DNA from: Eledone cirrhosa
Taxonomy: Eukaryota
Length of the DNA stretch: 64,000 nucleotides
Direction: 5' to 3'
NCBI GenBank assembly: GCA_964016885.1
Contig: OZ024741.1
Coordinates: 90,892,001 to 90,956,000 of the forward strand
A model generated the notes under the pieces. It was not told where the DNA came from and made no database searches. It worked only from the letters and a program-made list of their open reading frames with translations. The position numbers and the translations under genes were made by a program. Positions 25,595-39,471 of this stretch are shown here, piece by piece (position 1 is the stretch's first letter; every line of letters begins with the position of its first letter).

Positions 25595-28500
25595 TATTTC
25601 TTTATTAGCCACAAGGGCGCATAAGAAAAGGGGACAATACAAAGACATGCCGAGGATTTTACATACAGTCGTGTAAAAAATATAAAAACAAACAATTACA
25701 ACAATCGAAATCCTCAATAGGAGGGAGGCGCTACAAATGGGTTGTTTAATACCTCGTCAATAGAACAACCCTCAACTCCAGGAGCATGTTGTGCAAGTGC
25801 TCCCTTCTTCCTTTTGCTCTCTTCTTCAACCTACAGGCTTATAAACAGAGAAGGCCCAATCACTCGGGCCATTTTCGCTTCATTCACCCACCTTTCAGTA
25901 AATTTACTGGGGTGCGGTGCCTCTCTCTCCACCCTGATTCTCCTTCTAAAGTGATACTTAAAGAATGGAATCAATTGTTGTCCGGAGAGAAAGGCATCTG
26001 TCCTCAGTCCTCTCAACCTCGTCCACCATATAACTTCTTTCACCATAGCCACCGTACAGAGAAAAACCGCCTCTCTTTCGTTTTTGAAAGAGGCTGGCGG
26101 TTTGATCCTTACTATGGACTCGGCAGTCAACTGGATTTGTCCCATACGCGACAGCAGTTGTTCTGCATAGTCCCACAGGTCGGTTACGCCCGGGCAGTGT
26201 ATAATTGCGTGCATGACTGTTTCAATTTCCTGCGCGCATCTTGGACACGTACTCTTGGAAGGATCTCTGCCGGGGCGTCCGTGCCTGTAGATCTTGTCAC
26301 GAACCGGTAGAGCTCCTCGATAGCACTGCCATGCCAGGGACCTCTGGAAGTTGTCCATAGGTCCCGGACGGAAAGTCCTACCAAACAGACTGGTGAGCTC
26401 ATCGTCTTCGACGCCCAGAGTCTATCCGAGCACGTCGTCGCCCTTGTAACGTACAATCCCTCTATAGAATGTCGAAGTGGAGTCTCCACTGATTGCTGCT
26501 CCACTGATTTATGCGCCTGAGCACATTCAATGTACCAGGCGCCCATCGCTTTCGGTCTTTTCTTGACCCAGGACTGCAGCTCCGTCAGCGAGACGAGCTG
26601 TGGGAAAGCCTCTCTCACAAACGGTTCCCACACCGGTTGGGGGTTGGTGAGGAATACCTGGAGATACCGCAGCCTCAGCGCATGTTTGCGCATCATCAGC
26701 CACGGCATCCCAGCCCTCCGTTGGAAGGGTGCTGACAGCAGACGGATCTCCTCACCAGGGAGCCTGCTTCTTCAACAGAAACTGGAAGAGCATGCGTTCT
26801 ATCTTGGCGAGGTGTTCACGGGGACAAGGCACGACAGTCAAGCGGTAGTAGATGACGGACGCTATGAAAGTGTTCGCCACCTCCGCTCGACCTTTCAAGG
26901 ACAGTTTACACTCTGCCCACTTCTGGGTGAGTGCAAACACCTTGACCGTGACCTCGTTCCAGTTTTTCTCCACCTGAAGGTCTGGACCGAACTAGACCCC
27001 GAGAAAGTTCATCGGTCCGTCCGTCCAGCGTCCAACGACGCTGTCGGACGTCATCGGTTTGCCTCTCCACGTACCGAGTTGCAAACCGACAGACTTGTCC
27101 GGGTTTAGTTTTGCTCCCGTCAGCGTTTCGTATTCTTTCAGTAAGTTGCCGATCACCCCAATTTCCGAGGTGCTCGACACCATTACCGTCACGTCGTCGG
27201 CATAAGCCGACGCCGCTTTGCGCAGTCCCGGGTCTAGAGGGATGCCTTGCAACAGCTCCAATTTCCGCAGTAGTGGCTCTAGAGTCAATACATACAGAAT
27301 GGAGGAGAGAGGGCACCCCTGTCGAATGGAACGCGTGATTGCGAACGGCTCCGATAAGTAGCCGTTCACCTTGACCCTCGAGCAGATGCTGGTGTGCATC
27401 GCCTCGATCCAGCCTCTGAACACGGGACCGAAACCGGCCGCCTTGAGAACCGTTTCCAAGTATCCATGGTCGACCCTATCGAATGCCTTAGACTGATCCA
27501 AATTGATCAGAGCCCCACTGAAGCCGGGTTTACTACCCACCCTCTCTATGATGTATCGCATGAGGTGGAGGTTGTCGTGTATGGAACTGGTCTGGATTGT
27601 ACACGTTTGCGCTTTCCCTAACAGGTTTCGACTACAAGCGCCAACCTCGTCGCTAGCACCTTGGCCAAAATCTTTAACTCTGTGTTGAGCAGAGTTATGG
27701 GCCTGAAGTTGTTAATTTCTTCCTCTTTGTTATCGTCTTTCCTGATCAGCGTTACTACGCCCTTTCCTGCAGAACTGGAAATTCTCCCGTTCTGCTGCCA
27801 ATTGCAGTAGACGGCTTCGAGGACGCCAGAGAATAAGTCCGGCATGCCTATGTAAAACTCATGGGGTAGACCATCTAGACCGGGTGACTTGCTTTTCCCG
27901 CAGCGGCCCAGAGCGTCCCGTATCTCAGTGTCCGTGATCGGTCTTTCGCAGAACTCTGCGTCCGTGTTCGAGAGACGCGGCAGGCCGTCGAGGTATGAAC
28001 TAAAGTCCATTTCCCCGTTCGGCTCACCGTCGTTCTACTCAAACAGTCGCGAAAAGTGCTGCTGAAAAGCCGCGCACATTTGCTTGGGGTCAAGTAGCAC
28101 GCCTCCGTTTTGGTCTTTCAAAGACCGAATCGTGGACTTGTTGCCACTTTTTGCCTCCGCTACTCGTGCCCAGCTGACAGCTTTCGCTCCTTCGTTTCCT
28201 AGAGCACGTGTTTTGCTTCTGACCACGCAGCCTTCGTGTTTCGCATCGAAGAACTGGTCCAGTGCCGTTCTCGACGCTAACACTCTAGCCGCGTTTCCAC
28301 TTCTAAGTGGCTCCTCTACCTTGGCTGCTAGTTCTCTTTCTATTTTGTTTTTCTCTAAGGCTAACTCTCTGCTAAACCCTATCGATTCTATTCTAATTGC
28401 TTTCTTGAGAGAGTACCACCATTTATTGTTGACGATGGTTCCCGTTACCTGTTGCTTGACTAGTCTACTTATCCGTTCACTGTAAGCTTTACGTGCCGGC

Positions 28501-31384
28501 AACGACACGTTCAGCTTCCAGTATCCGGGTCCTTGTCTATGTGTTCTATCAGGGTTGACTAAGCAGCGACTAATTTGTGATCTGAATAGGCAACCATGTG
28601 CATTTATGGACAACTTAACATCTCCTTGTCCCTTTCTCTAATGAAGAACCTATCTAAATACGATCTAGATGTCCCGCTGCGGTTTGCCCACGTCCACTGT
28701 GGTGCAGTCGGGAAATCCAGTCGATACCTATCGGCCAGTTGGAATTGGCCGATTAAAGTTTTGAGGCTGTTGCACCCCCCTCTACTGGGACATGCTCCCA
28801 CATAGTCCCATCGTGCATCTAGGATACCATTCCAGTCCCCCACTAAAAGTAAAGAGCGAGACGTTCCCAGAAAAAACTCTAGACGCTTAAAGAAGTCTGG
28901 CCGTGATTGCGATTGCCCGGTCGGAGCATAAACGGCCACCAGTCTGAAGGCTCCACCTCCAATACTGTGCACGTCTAGGACTACCAGTCTACCCTCCGGG
29001 TCCAAGTGTAATTGCTGTACTTCGACGTCCAGGTTCTTTCCGAAACATGACAGTCACTCCCCCTCCACCTCCTGGCTGACAGAGAGATGCATAGATCTCA
29101 AAGTCGTCGAAGATGGGGGTTAGTTGCTGCCTGTTGTGGATCCTGGACTCGGTGATGGCTATCACATCCATACCGTGTGATCTAAGGTCGTTTAAAAGTT
29201 GGCCCGGTTTCCAGGGCATCCCTAGGCCACGCACATTCACGCTTCCAACTCGTAAACTAGCCATGTTGGTGAAGGAGAGTTGAAGAAAAAGGACGAAAGG
29301 TGCACTTACCTTTTCGTTTCATGGAGATCGGGTTGTTCAATCTCCATTTGGGTGCTGGATGGGGTGTTGGGTGGGGTGGGGAAACATTTTAACAGGACGC
29401 GGTTGATGCGTTTCTGGCAGGGGTTGCCCACGTCCTGTGAAAATTAATTTTTCAGGTCATTATAGGTTTCCATAGAAACCCTTATAAGTTTAAGGTGTGG
29501 AGACGATTCTGCCTTGACGAAAGTTTTGCCCTCCGTCTCCACCTTGGGATTTTGGGAGATGACCTCCATTAAACTCTTGTTGTTTGTGTTGATGTATGCG
29601 TATTGTTTTTTGTGTTTTTGTTGTGTTGTTTTAGATTGTTGTTCGTCCGGGAGTTTTCTTTTTATCGTGGGTGCTTGTGTTTGGGGTGGTGTTGGTGTTG
29701 GTTTTGCTGGTAGGGGGATGTTTGACTGTGGTGTTGTTTGTGTTGTTGTTTGTGTCTGTGATTGTATCTTGGTGTTGGTGATTGGAGTTTTGGGGGGTTT
29801 GTGGTGTCTCTTTTTTTGTTTTTTTTAGATTTCCGCGGCTCTCCCTCTTCTTCACTGAAAGAAAGAGAAGCAGCTTCATCCGTCGATGAATAATCATCGT
29901 CAGGAGTGTGGTGGTGGTGTTTCGGTGTGTGTGTTTGTGGTAGTGTTTGATGGAGTGGGATGGGGTGGGGATGTGTTGTTCAGGGGTGTTTTCTCTGTTT
30001 TTTCTGTTGTTGTTGGTTGAGTGGCTGTTTGTTTTGGTGTGGTTGCTCGGTTCTTCTGTTGTTGTACTTGTGGTGGTGGTGGTTGTTTTGGTGTTGCTGT
30101 TGGTAATAGTGTTTTTTAATGATGTTGTTGTGGTGTGTTTGTGAAGGACAAGGGGCTTTTAGATCTGATGTGCTACCACCGCGAAAGCAATGAAATTTTC
30201 GTCCTTCTACCAAAATATTTATTTTGTTGTTATCATCGATGACGACTCTTTCGGGTATTTTGGAGATTCTCTCCGGCCTCATTTGCAACAGAATCTCCAA
30301 ATCAGTACCCGCCCACCTTTGTCGAATAGACTTTCGTATCGAAAGAATCATATCAGTTGCTGGCTCTACGAAGTCAGCTAAGATCCACCAGATGTTAATG
30401 TTTGGTGGTATATTTATTTTTGTGTCCTTTTTCCCATGTATGTAGGGAAAAAGGTGAATGCTTTTGACACTATTGGTGTCACAGAATGTTTTTGGGCGAG
30501 TGCCTCGCTTTTAAACAGTACGGAAACACTTCCGTACTGTTTTCCTCGTTGGAGAAATTCGATATTTGCTAGAATTTCTTTCAAGGTATTTTCTATATCT
30601 CCTTGGCTAACAAATATCGGCTTTCTCGTGGTATTGGACACAGTCCTAAAGATCACTGATCTTCGAACTGTCTTCTTTTATTTCAAGGTGTGAGTTAATT
30701 CTAAACCCACCCTTTTCTTCGAAAGTTACAAATTTTCTCCCTTGCTGGAGCATATCTCTTGCATTGGAGATGTCAAGATTTATAAAATCTTGTTTTTTGT
30801 TCACTGTTTCAGCGAAAGACATTTTTTTGTGTGGTGTTGCTGTTGTTGTTGTTGTTGTTATCGTTGTTAGCCTCGGTGTTGGAAATCTCAGTTCCTTGAC
30901 GAGGTGAAACTTTATGCGTAGATGTATCTGTGGAGTTGTTGATGTTTTTTTCATGTGTATGTATGTTAATGGGTTTAATTCCTGTGTTTTCATTTTTTTT
31001 TCTGCTTCGACGGTAGAAATTGTACAATCTTCAAGTAGCAATATTTTTTTCCCTTTGTTGACAGTCGTATCTATTGCGACGTCCATAGTAGCAGAAGCAG
31101 ATATAACGTTAAAATCTGCCTCTTTCTCTCTATTTTCTCTGTCGACGTTCTCCAACGTTCCCTTCGTGTTATTCATGTTTTATAGTTGCCAAAATTTGAT
31201 ATTTTAAAACAATTTTTAAATTAAATTTTCGCCCCTAAAGGGGCGAAAAGGGGGATTACCACCCAGCTGACAATTCAGCTTGGGGGTTAATCTACAAAAT
31301 AATGTGTTTTTTCAAACAATTTGTTCTGTTTTTCGTATATAAATTTACAAAAAATCTTACCGGCGATGTTCCACGCTTCAGGCA
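25595..31384 (-). mobile_element. Full-length degenerate Tx1-like LINE (B2)
   Basis: ORF1 remnants ~29308-31176 and ORF2 25831-29264 with VNVRGL, GDWN, LDQSKAFDRV, QGCPLS, YADD and CPRC..H..C. The 5' UTR hairpins are present. Confidence 0.95.
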
Positions 31385-31404
31385 GAGAGATAGATAGATA
31401 GATA

Positions 31405-34057
31405 TGTTTCTTTATTAGCCACAAGGGCACAAAAGAAGGGGGCAAATACAAAGGGGGACGTTTACATACAATAAAAACGTGTAAAATATTATCACAAATG
31501 CAATTTAAAAAATTAGTCGATTTTCCCCAATAGGGGGAGACAGTTCATATGGGTAACACATACCCCCGAAAAAATGTGCAACCCTGAAGGCTCCACTTTC
31601 ACTACCGTCAACGTCTAGGACCACCAGTCGACCCTCCGGGTCCAGATGTACCGTGTGTGTTACGAGGCCCAGGTGTTTTCGCAGCAAAATGGCAACCCCG
31701 CCCCCACCCCCCGGCCGACAGAGAGATGCGTAGATCTCAAAGTCATCGAAGATGGGGGCTAGCTGTCGCTCGCTGTGGATCCTGGACTCGCAAATGGCTA
31801 CTACATCCATACTGTGCGACCTGAGGTCGTTTAAGAGTTTGCCCTGTTTCCAGGGCATCGCCAGGCCGCGTACGTTCACACATCCAACTCTTATATTGGC
31901 CATGTTGGTGCTGAAAAGTTAAAAGAGAAAAAGAAATCACTCACCCTTCGTCTCCTGGGGACCAGGCTGCACGATTTTCATGGTGGTGTTGGAGGGGTTG
32001 TCTAGGTGGGTGGTGATTTCCGGCGGGGTGGGGACGGAGATGTTTGGTGGGGTGGGTCTGGTGGGATGGGGGTGTCTGGTGTGGGGAGACATTTGAGAAG
32101 GACGCAGTTAAGTGGTTTCACGCAGGAATTCCCCACATCCTTTTCAAATGTTTCTTTTAGGGACCTATAAGTTTGTATAGGGACCCTAATCAGTTTTAGG
32201 TTCAGGTTTTGTTATTTTTAATAGAGTGGGCGAAAGTTTTCCCTTCGGTTTTCACCGAAGGGTTGTTCGTGATGGTCTCCATTAGTGTTTTGTTTTCAGT
32301 GTTTATGTAAGTGTAAGTGTAATTTTCTTGTGTTGTGTTTGTTTTTGTCTGTAGTTCTTGTGTGTGCTTTCGTTTTGTTGTAGGTATTTTGTTTTCAGGA
32401 GGTGGGGGTTTTGTTTGTGATGTTTTTGTTGTTTGTGTTGGTGGTTGTATGATTGTGGTAGTGTTTGCTGTTTTTTTTGCTTTTGTGATGTCTTTTCTTT
32501 CTTTTCGAGCGATGGGGTTCTCCCTCGTCTTCACTGGGTGATGGCGAGATAGCCTCATCTGTTGTATCGTCTGTGTGATTGGGGAGGGGTATGTCTTGGG
32601 GAGCTGTTGTGTCTGTATGTGATTTTGCAGTGGTTTTAGGTGGAGTGTGGTTGGGTGGGACTGTGTTTGTTGTGGTTATTTTTGTGTGTTGGTGTTGTTG
32701 TTGTGGTGGTGTTGGTGGTTGTGTTGTTTTGATGGGTGTCGGCAGAAGAGCCTTTTTTGACTCATTAATTTAGGACAGGAAGCCCTCAGGTGACCCCTGC
32801 TAAAGCAGTGGTAACATGAAGGCCGCCTACCCTCAACCGAAAAGTTTATGTAGGTGAGACCGTCCAGGAGTACACGTTGTGGGATCACAGCTATTCGCTC
32901 TGGGCTTATTTGCACCAGAACTTCAACGCTAGTCCCATTTAATACATCTCTGGGGGACTTTCCTACTGACAGTATTCTGTCTTCATCAAAATTTATGAAG
33001 CCGCACAGTATCAACCATATGTTCACCTATGGTGTGACACTCGTGATTTTAATCTTTTGTGTCCTTTTTCCCATGTATGTAGGGAAAAAGGTATACAGGT
33101 TGGATACAATTGGCGACACAGAGTAATTTTGGGCCGTCAATTGATCCTTCATGAGTACCGAAATAATCCCAAAGAGTTTGCTTCTTTGAATGAATGAAAT
33201 ATCATTCATTGAATTTTTGAAAACCAGTTCAATTTCTTTCTGTGACAATTGGACTGGTTTTCGGGTAGAATTGGAAACTGTCCTAAAAACTATCGTTTTG
33301 AGAGCAGTTTCCTTGCGAATTTCTACCGGAGAATTGATGCTGAACGCACCATTCTTTTCGAAATTGACATATCTCCTAGCGTCCTTTAAAAGTTGTTCAG
33401 CATTTGTTATGTCAAGATATGTCAGTTCCTCCTTTTTCTGAACTGTCTGTGCAAATGAGGTTTTTGGTTCTTTGTGGAATTATCCGTGTTGGTGGTGTTG
33501 TTATTCTTGTTGTCACTGATGTTGATATTATTCGTATTTTCCTTGGTGTTGGTGTTGTTGTTGTTGTTGTCTTTGATGCTGGTGTTATTGGTGTTTTCTT
33601 TATTTTTTCTTTGTTGTTGTTGTCATTGTTGTTTTTATCATCATTATTGGTGTTGTTGTTATTTTTGTTGTCATTGTACTCTTTGGTGTCATTTGTGTTG
33701 TTTGGATATGAATTTGTTTTTACAATTTCATTTCGTCTTTCCATCTCCATAGTATCTAGGGAAGAAGACGATGTTGACTGTGAGCTATGTAGTCTTACCG
33801 ACTCTCCACCACCATTATCGTCGAACGCAGCGTTCATAACGTAATCAAACTTCTTACGATATTTTTTCCAAAATTCGATGAAGAAAAGTTTTTCAAACGA
33901 ATATTTCGCCCCTGTAGGGGCGAAAATGAGTTGACCCACCGCCTGGATGTCCAGACGGGGGGTCAAGTTACACAATAATATAAAATTTAACTGAAAACTC
34001 ACGTTTTTTTCTTACATAAATTAACGGAAACTTCTCCGCGAAGTTACACACGTCTGG
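31405..34057 (-). mobile_element. Tx1-like LINE (C) with 5' end and ORF1 but most of ORF2 deleted
   Basis: ORF1 pieces include CYHCFSRGHLRASC. ORF2 start 31903 (MANIRVGCVNVRGL) runs ~107 codons to GAFR and then joins directly to the 3' UTR at ~31582. Confidence 0.9.

Positions 34058-34142
<85 letters not shown>
34058..34142. repeat. (GATA)n microsatellite at the 5' junction of the Tx1 array
   Basis: About 21 perfect TAGA units; shorter tracts at 24792-24819 and 31386-31404. Confidence 0.95.
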
Positions 34143-34414
34143 TGGAGAAGGCACTATATAACTGAAGTTTGTTGAATGGAATAAATTGTATGAATTTACA
34201 ATTCTGTGTAGCAGAAAAACCCATAAATGGCAAACACAAGAAGTCGGTGCAATGAACTCGACCTCGATCAGTTTCGTTGATAAATGTGCCAGTTAGTCCA
34301 TCGGCGTAACAAACTCCTCGTGAAATTAACTTGAAAGGGACTGAGCATTACACAAACACGTGTACTTAACGTAATACGATTTTGTTTAATTTTAGTTACA
34401 GTAACAATAATAAT

Positions 34415-34545
34415 GTTTTCTCATATAGGCACAAGGTCAGCAATTTTGGGGGAGGAGAAGTCGATTAAATCGACCCCAGTATATTATTGGTACTTTTTCT
34501 TATCGACCCTGTAAAGATAAAAGGCAAAGTTAACCTCGGCGGGAA
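34415..34545 (-). mobile_element. SINE family 1 variant nested within a split family 2 SINE
   Basis: Central domain present; family 2 sequence lies at 34240-34375 and resumes at ~34930. Confidence 0.65.
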
Positions 34546-36334
34546 TGACAACTATAATAACGACAATAATAAAAAAGGAAAAGGAAACAAAAGGAAAAAA
34601 AGAATAGAGAAATATAGAGAAAAAAGAGAAAATGAAAGAAAAAACGGGAAGGGGGGATAGCAAGAGCTCTGGTGTCGCAGAAGAGAGGGGAGGGGAAGGG
34701 GAAGGATGATTGGGCTTTGGGTCTAGGACAAGGGGGCAGAAGTGCTGCGCCACGCCGACAAGACGGCAAAGGCATTCCCGCGGACGATGGTCAGTGACAC
34801 CCGCTGCAACAACCACCCAACTTCGCGGGGCTCCTTCCTCAGACGAGCCGCCGACGTTCCGATCTTGTACAGGAGCTCGGCCGTATGGGGTCCAAGTACG
34901 CCTGAGGTTTCGACGGCGACCGGTGTGAAGGGAGATTTAGCTTAACAACGTGTGTGACAAGGCTGGCCATTTGAATTACCCAATTTCACTCACAAGGCAT
35001 AGGCCGGCACGAGGTTATGGTAAATGACTCTAACCAAGATGCTACGTGGTGGGATCAAACCCGCGACATAATGATTGCAAAGCAAACTGCTTAATCATTC
35101 GATCATGCTGTATCCATACCAAAGTGACTACACCACTTCTCTTTCTTAGTTTTATATGAAAAGTAACTGAACATACGAAAGCCTTATTAGGAATTGTCCA
35201 TTTCAACTAATTGCTACCCTGTTACTCTGACTATTTACCATTGATTCCGGATTTTACCCAATCGTATGTTTATTTCTCATTGCTTTATACAATCGGAAAT
35301 CCATTTGATTTTCGTTTCTAAAATTGAAACTTCAATAAACACGTGATTATACTTTCTTGAATAGCCCACACTTAAAATAGAAACTAGTGGTTTCTTTGTT
35401 TACTATTAACATTCCTTGCAATATAAACTCAAACGCAAGACATTCTAAGAAGTTTTAGATAATTAAAAACATGGGCGTCTCTTTATAAATATTCAATTAG
35501 CCATTTCTGTTATTGATTCAATTTTATGTCTCTTGCAACACAAAAATCCACAATCTTTTTTTTATCTCACGACCATGTTATAAACAATAACAAACTTTAA
35601 ATTACATTTTAGAAGGCCATTAACATTTTTGTTGCACTATGTTGGAAAATACAGTTTATAATTAGCTCTCTTAATACAACAGAATGACACGCTAAACTGC
35701 AAGTTGTATACTGACTGCTTTATGAGTCAACTGCACAATTCTCACATTTTATTTCACATCAAAATTGATGAAATTGTTGTACTGACAAAGAGCAGTCACA
35801 CCTTGTCTCAAAACAATGGGTTAGATTCAAAAGTGGTCTTATCGATTAGATTATCTATGAAAGGATTTTAGGGCCTGATAATTGGAACCCAACTACTGAA
35901 ATCGAATTCAATTCATCTTTTGCTGATCCCTTCTTAAAAATATATATATTCATTGTATAGGCATAATAAATTTCCAATTTACAAATCAATATAAATAGAA
36001 AATAATATATTTGAAATTACTAATCGATTGTTTAAAAATAAAGTATGCATGCATTAGAAGGGTAGTGTACATCAATACTTAAAAGGTACGACTGCACTAA
36101 GAGAAGGGTAGTGCTAAAATAAAAGAAGTGTGAGTTTTCACTAGACCAACACCCGGGAGTGTTAGAGCAGCACTAGTGAAAAGTATATTTGCACAAGGGA
36201 AGGTAGGACTGCACTAAAATAATGAATAATTAGCACTAGCATTAGGGTGGATCTACACACACTTAACACAATCACTACAAATAAACAAAATAAAACAAAC
36301 CAAAAGGCAAAAAATCTAGACAATCGCATAAAAT

Positions 36335-36497
36335 AATTGTTTCTATTTTAGGCACAAGGCCAGCAATTATCCCAGTTTATTACTGGTGCTTTATTTTATC
36401 GACCCTGTAAGGATGAAAGGCAAAGTTAACCTCGGCGAGATTTGAACTCAGATCATAAAGGGCCGTAACTCTATGCTGCAAAGCTTGGCGTCCGACA
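36335..36497 (-). mobile_element. SINE family 1 copy
   Basis: Same B-box and central domain as the other copies. Confidence 0.8.
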
Positions 36498-36879
36498 ATA
36501 ATGTTTACTCTTACATAATCTACACTCAATATTATAACACAACTCACACATCACCACTAATTGACATAGCGCATATTCTTCACAATTTCCGCCCAATGTT
36601 ATAACACAGTGTTCTGTACACACACCCGACGCTAAAGCTCATAGCACAACCTACACAACACATACGAAGCACAATCATGCTCCACCAAAATAATACAACT
36701 TATATAACACGTACTGTACATAAGGAGACGAAATACTAACGTAGTCACAGAAACAATAAAGCGAACTTCACAACAAAACAATACAAAGCAACAAAGCAAA
36801 GCACAATTCTACATCCCCAAAATACAATGCTGCATAAGCCTCAGTAATATGGAGTTGCAACTAGTGGTAAAGTAGAAAC

Positions 36880-38095
36880 ATAATGCGATATCCATGCTTA
36901 CTGGATTAAAGTATGATAACGCACTGCATAAAATCATTGGTATTCACTTTAATGAACATGCTGTACAGAGTGAGGTGCCAAGCTGGATGGTTGAAAGACA
37001 GAAAACACTAGGTGGAAATTATAGATCTATTGCCTGCTTAAACCGTCTTTGGAAACTGTTAACTGAGATACTATCTGAGAAAAAATACTATCAACTATTA
37101 ACTAATAGGATCCATGAAAAAATCAATGGGAACAAAAGATCATCTTGTCGTAGACAATATCGTGATAAGAGACTGCAAATCCCGGAGGACAAATTTAGAA
37201 TGTGGTATGGGTAGACTTAGATTCTCAAATTTATGAAGATGTTTGGGATGGAAAATAATCTAAGCAAATTAGTAGAATGTAGCATGGGAGATTTAATAAG
37301 CAATGCGCACATAATTAGAGGTATTTTTCAAGGCCAAGCCTTTTCCCACGTAACTTATGCCAATATTATTAGTGTTGAAGAAAATGAGGATAGAGTATAA
37401 GTCGTGGGTAGGTGCTTCGAACCCAGCTTTACCTAATGTTTATGGACGATTTGAAAATGTTTTCGAGGTCTAAAACTCAAATAATATAAATAGTCTGTAG
37501 GGGAAGTCAAAGTACAAGCATGGAATTTGGTGTCGCAAAATGTGCAGTTGTCAAAGTTAGAAGGGGGAAAGTCGCATCTAACTGGCATCGAATTGCCATT
37601 TGATGAACGATTGAGTGATGATGGGTAAAAGTATCTAGGATTGAAAGACAATGTAGAAAAAACTCATCTACAATTCTTTAGTCAAAACTGCATGCAGGAA
37701 ATTTGATTCTTAATGTAAGCACATGTGTTGTATCTGTGAGATGTTTCAGTGCTGGGATCCTCAATTAGATTAAATTTCATGAGACAGAATGCAGAACAAA
37801 AAAAAGAAGACTTTGAAAACGGGATAATAAATCAAAAGCAAGTGTAAACCGGCTGTTCAAAAACCACACAGTTGGAGGAAGAGGACTGGTAAGCGTTACA
37901 GAATGTATCAAATATACGACGCAAGCCATTAATTACCACCTGAAAATAGTAACGGAAGGCTTCTACAATAAAGAAGAGTTTAAGAAACGAGCCTCTGTCG
38001 AGAAAAGAAAATCAGTAGTAGGAAAGATATTACATGGCCAATTTGAACGATAGACGTCTGAAGTGAATACTGAACGGTCTTAGGGGTGACTCTCA
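36880..38095 (+). mobile_element. Degenerate R4/Dong-like non-LTR RT fragment
   Basis: GNYRSIACLNRLWKLLT, RGIFQGQA, LMFMDDLKMF, MEFGVAKCA, GGRGLVSV and LHGQF motifs across several frames. Confidence 0.75.
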
Positions 38096-39471
38096 GATAC
38101 TCCCATACAATCACAGCGTGCATCTAAGATGCTGTTACAGTCTCCCGATAACAGCTAAATGCGCGTCGTTCCCAGAAAAGCTTCCAGGCACCTAAAGAAA
38201 TCTGGCCGTCTGGCCCCGGTTGGGACGCAGACGCCCACCAGTCTACTGGCACCACCTTTGTTATTACTCACGTCCAGGACCACCAACTTACCTTCTGGGT
38301 CTAGGATCGTCCATACCTCGAGTTCCGGGCCTTTCCTAAACAGCACTGCCATGCCACCTCCCATTCCAGGCTGACTAAGAGATGCGAATATCTGATAGTC
38401 GTGAAAAGTGGGGGGCTAGTGTGCATATGTCGGAAATCCTGGTCTCGCTGGTGGCAGTAACGTTCATATGACGTTCAGCAAGTGGCGCTGCTTCAAGGGC
38501 AACCTCAGGCCACGAACATTTTAGTAACCTACGCTTATAATCGCCATATTGGTTGGTTGATCGAGAGAGAAAAGGTTTACTAACCTTCCGGGCGTTCGTG
38601 GAGGCTGGGTGGTTTCACCTCTATGTTTGGCAGGGTTTCTTTTGGGAACCCCCTTTAAAAACCTGCTCGTAGCTTTAACATTAGGGGTTCCCACGTCACG
38701 TTAAAAACTCTCCTTAATGCTTTAATACCCAGTGACATTCGTACTCAAAATGTGCTGGTGTCAAATATTTCCTCCTCTTTCTCGATTTCTGTGCTTCGTA
38801 CTATGAGAGCCATCAATTTCTCGTTAGGTCTTCTTAAGTTTTCTGTGTTTTGTTGTTGTTGTGGTTGTGTTTGTTAACGTCTTGGTGTTTGTGGTAGCGG
38901 TGGTGGTGTTGGTGTTGTTGTGGATGTGTCTGCGTTTGTTGTGAGTGATGTTTCAGGATTTTATTTTCTTGTGTTTGCGCTTTTGGATGTCTTTCATCTT
39001 CGCTACTAGTCGAGGTCTCCGTTCTACCTTCAGATGTTTGTGTGTTGTGTTTGTTTGGGGAGAGGTAGGGGATGGGAGAGCTTTCCTCGTCTTTTCCTTG
39101 GATTGATTATGTCTTGGTTGTAGTTGTTGGTAGTGGTTTAGCTGCTGCTTCTGTTGATTTCACTGTTGCTGCTGCCGGTGCTTGCGTTGCTAGTTGTGTC
39201 CTTTTCTGTCCCGGCTCTGGTATTGACAGCAACGGAAAGGTTTGCGGCCCCCTGCATTCCTTAGTTGAGGGCAGAAGGCTCGCAGATGAGTTGCTTTGCT
39301 GCAGACGAAGCAGTGTGGCCTTCTGCCCTCAGTGACCACTTGTATAGCAGGCGAACATGATCCGGGATGTTCCGGGAAGATCCGGGATGTTCTTGAGTTG
39401 ATCTGGCTTGAAATGGAGAAGAATCCTCAAATCTCCCCCCCCCCTCGACCAATCCTCTCTTGATGTTTTTG
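38096..39471 (-). mobile_element. Degenerate Tx1-like fragment (D): ORF1 3' half and ORF2 N-terminus
   Basis: LDPEGKLVVLDV..FFRCLEAFLGT, and knuckle GRRPHCFVCSKATHLRAFCPQL. It interrupts the R4-like element. Confidence 0.8.

Noticed and set aside
31575-31600. Deletion in element C as the predicted spliced product
   Set aside because: Its breakpoints do not coincide with the proposed donor (31944) or the ORF2-stop acceptor.
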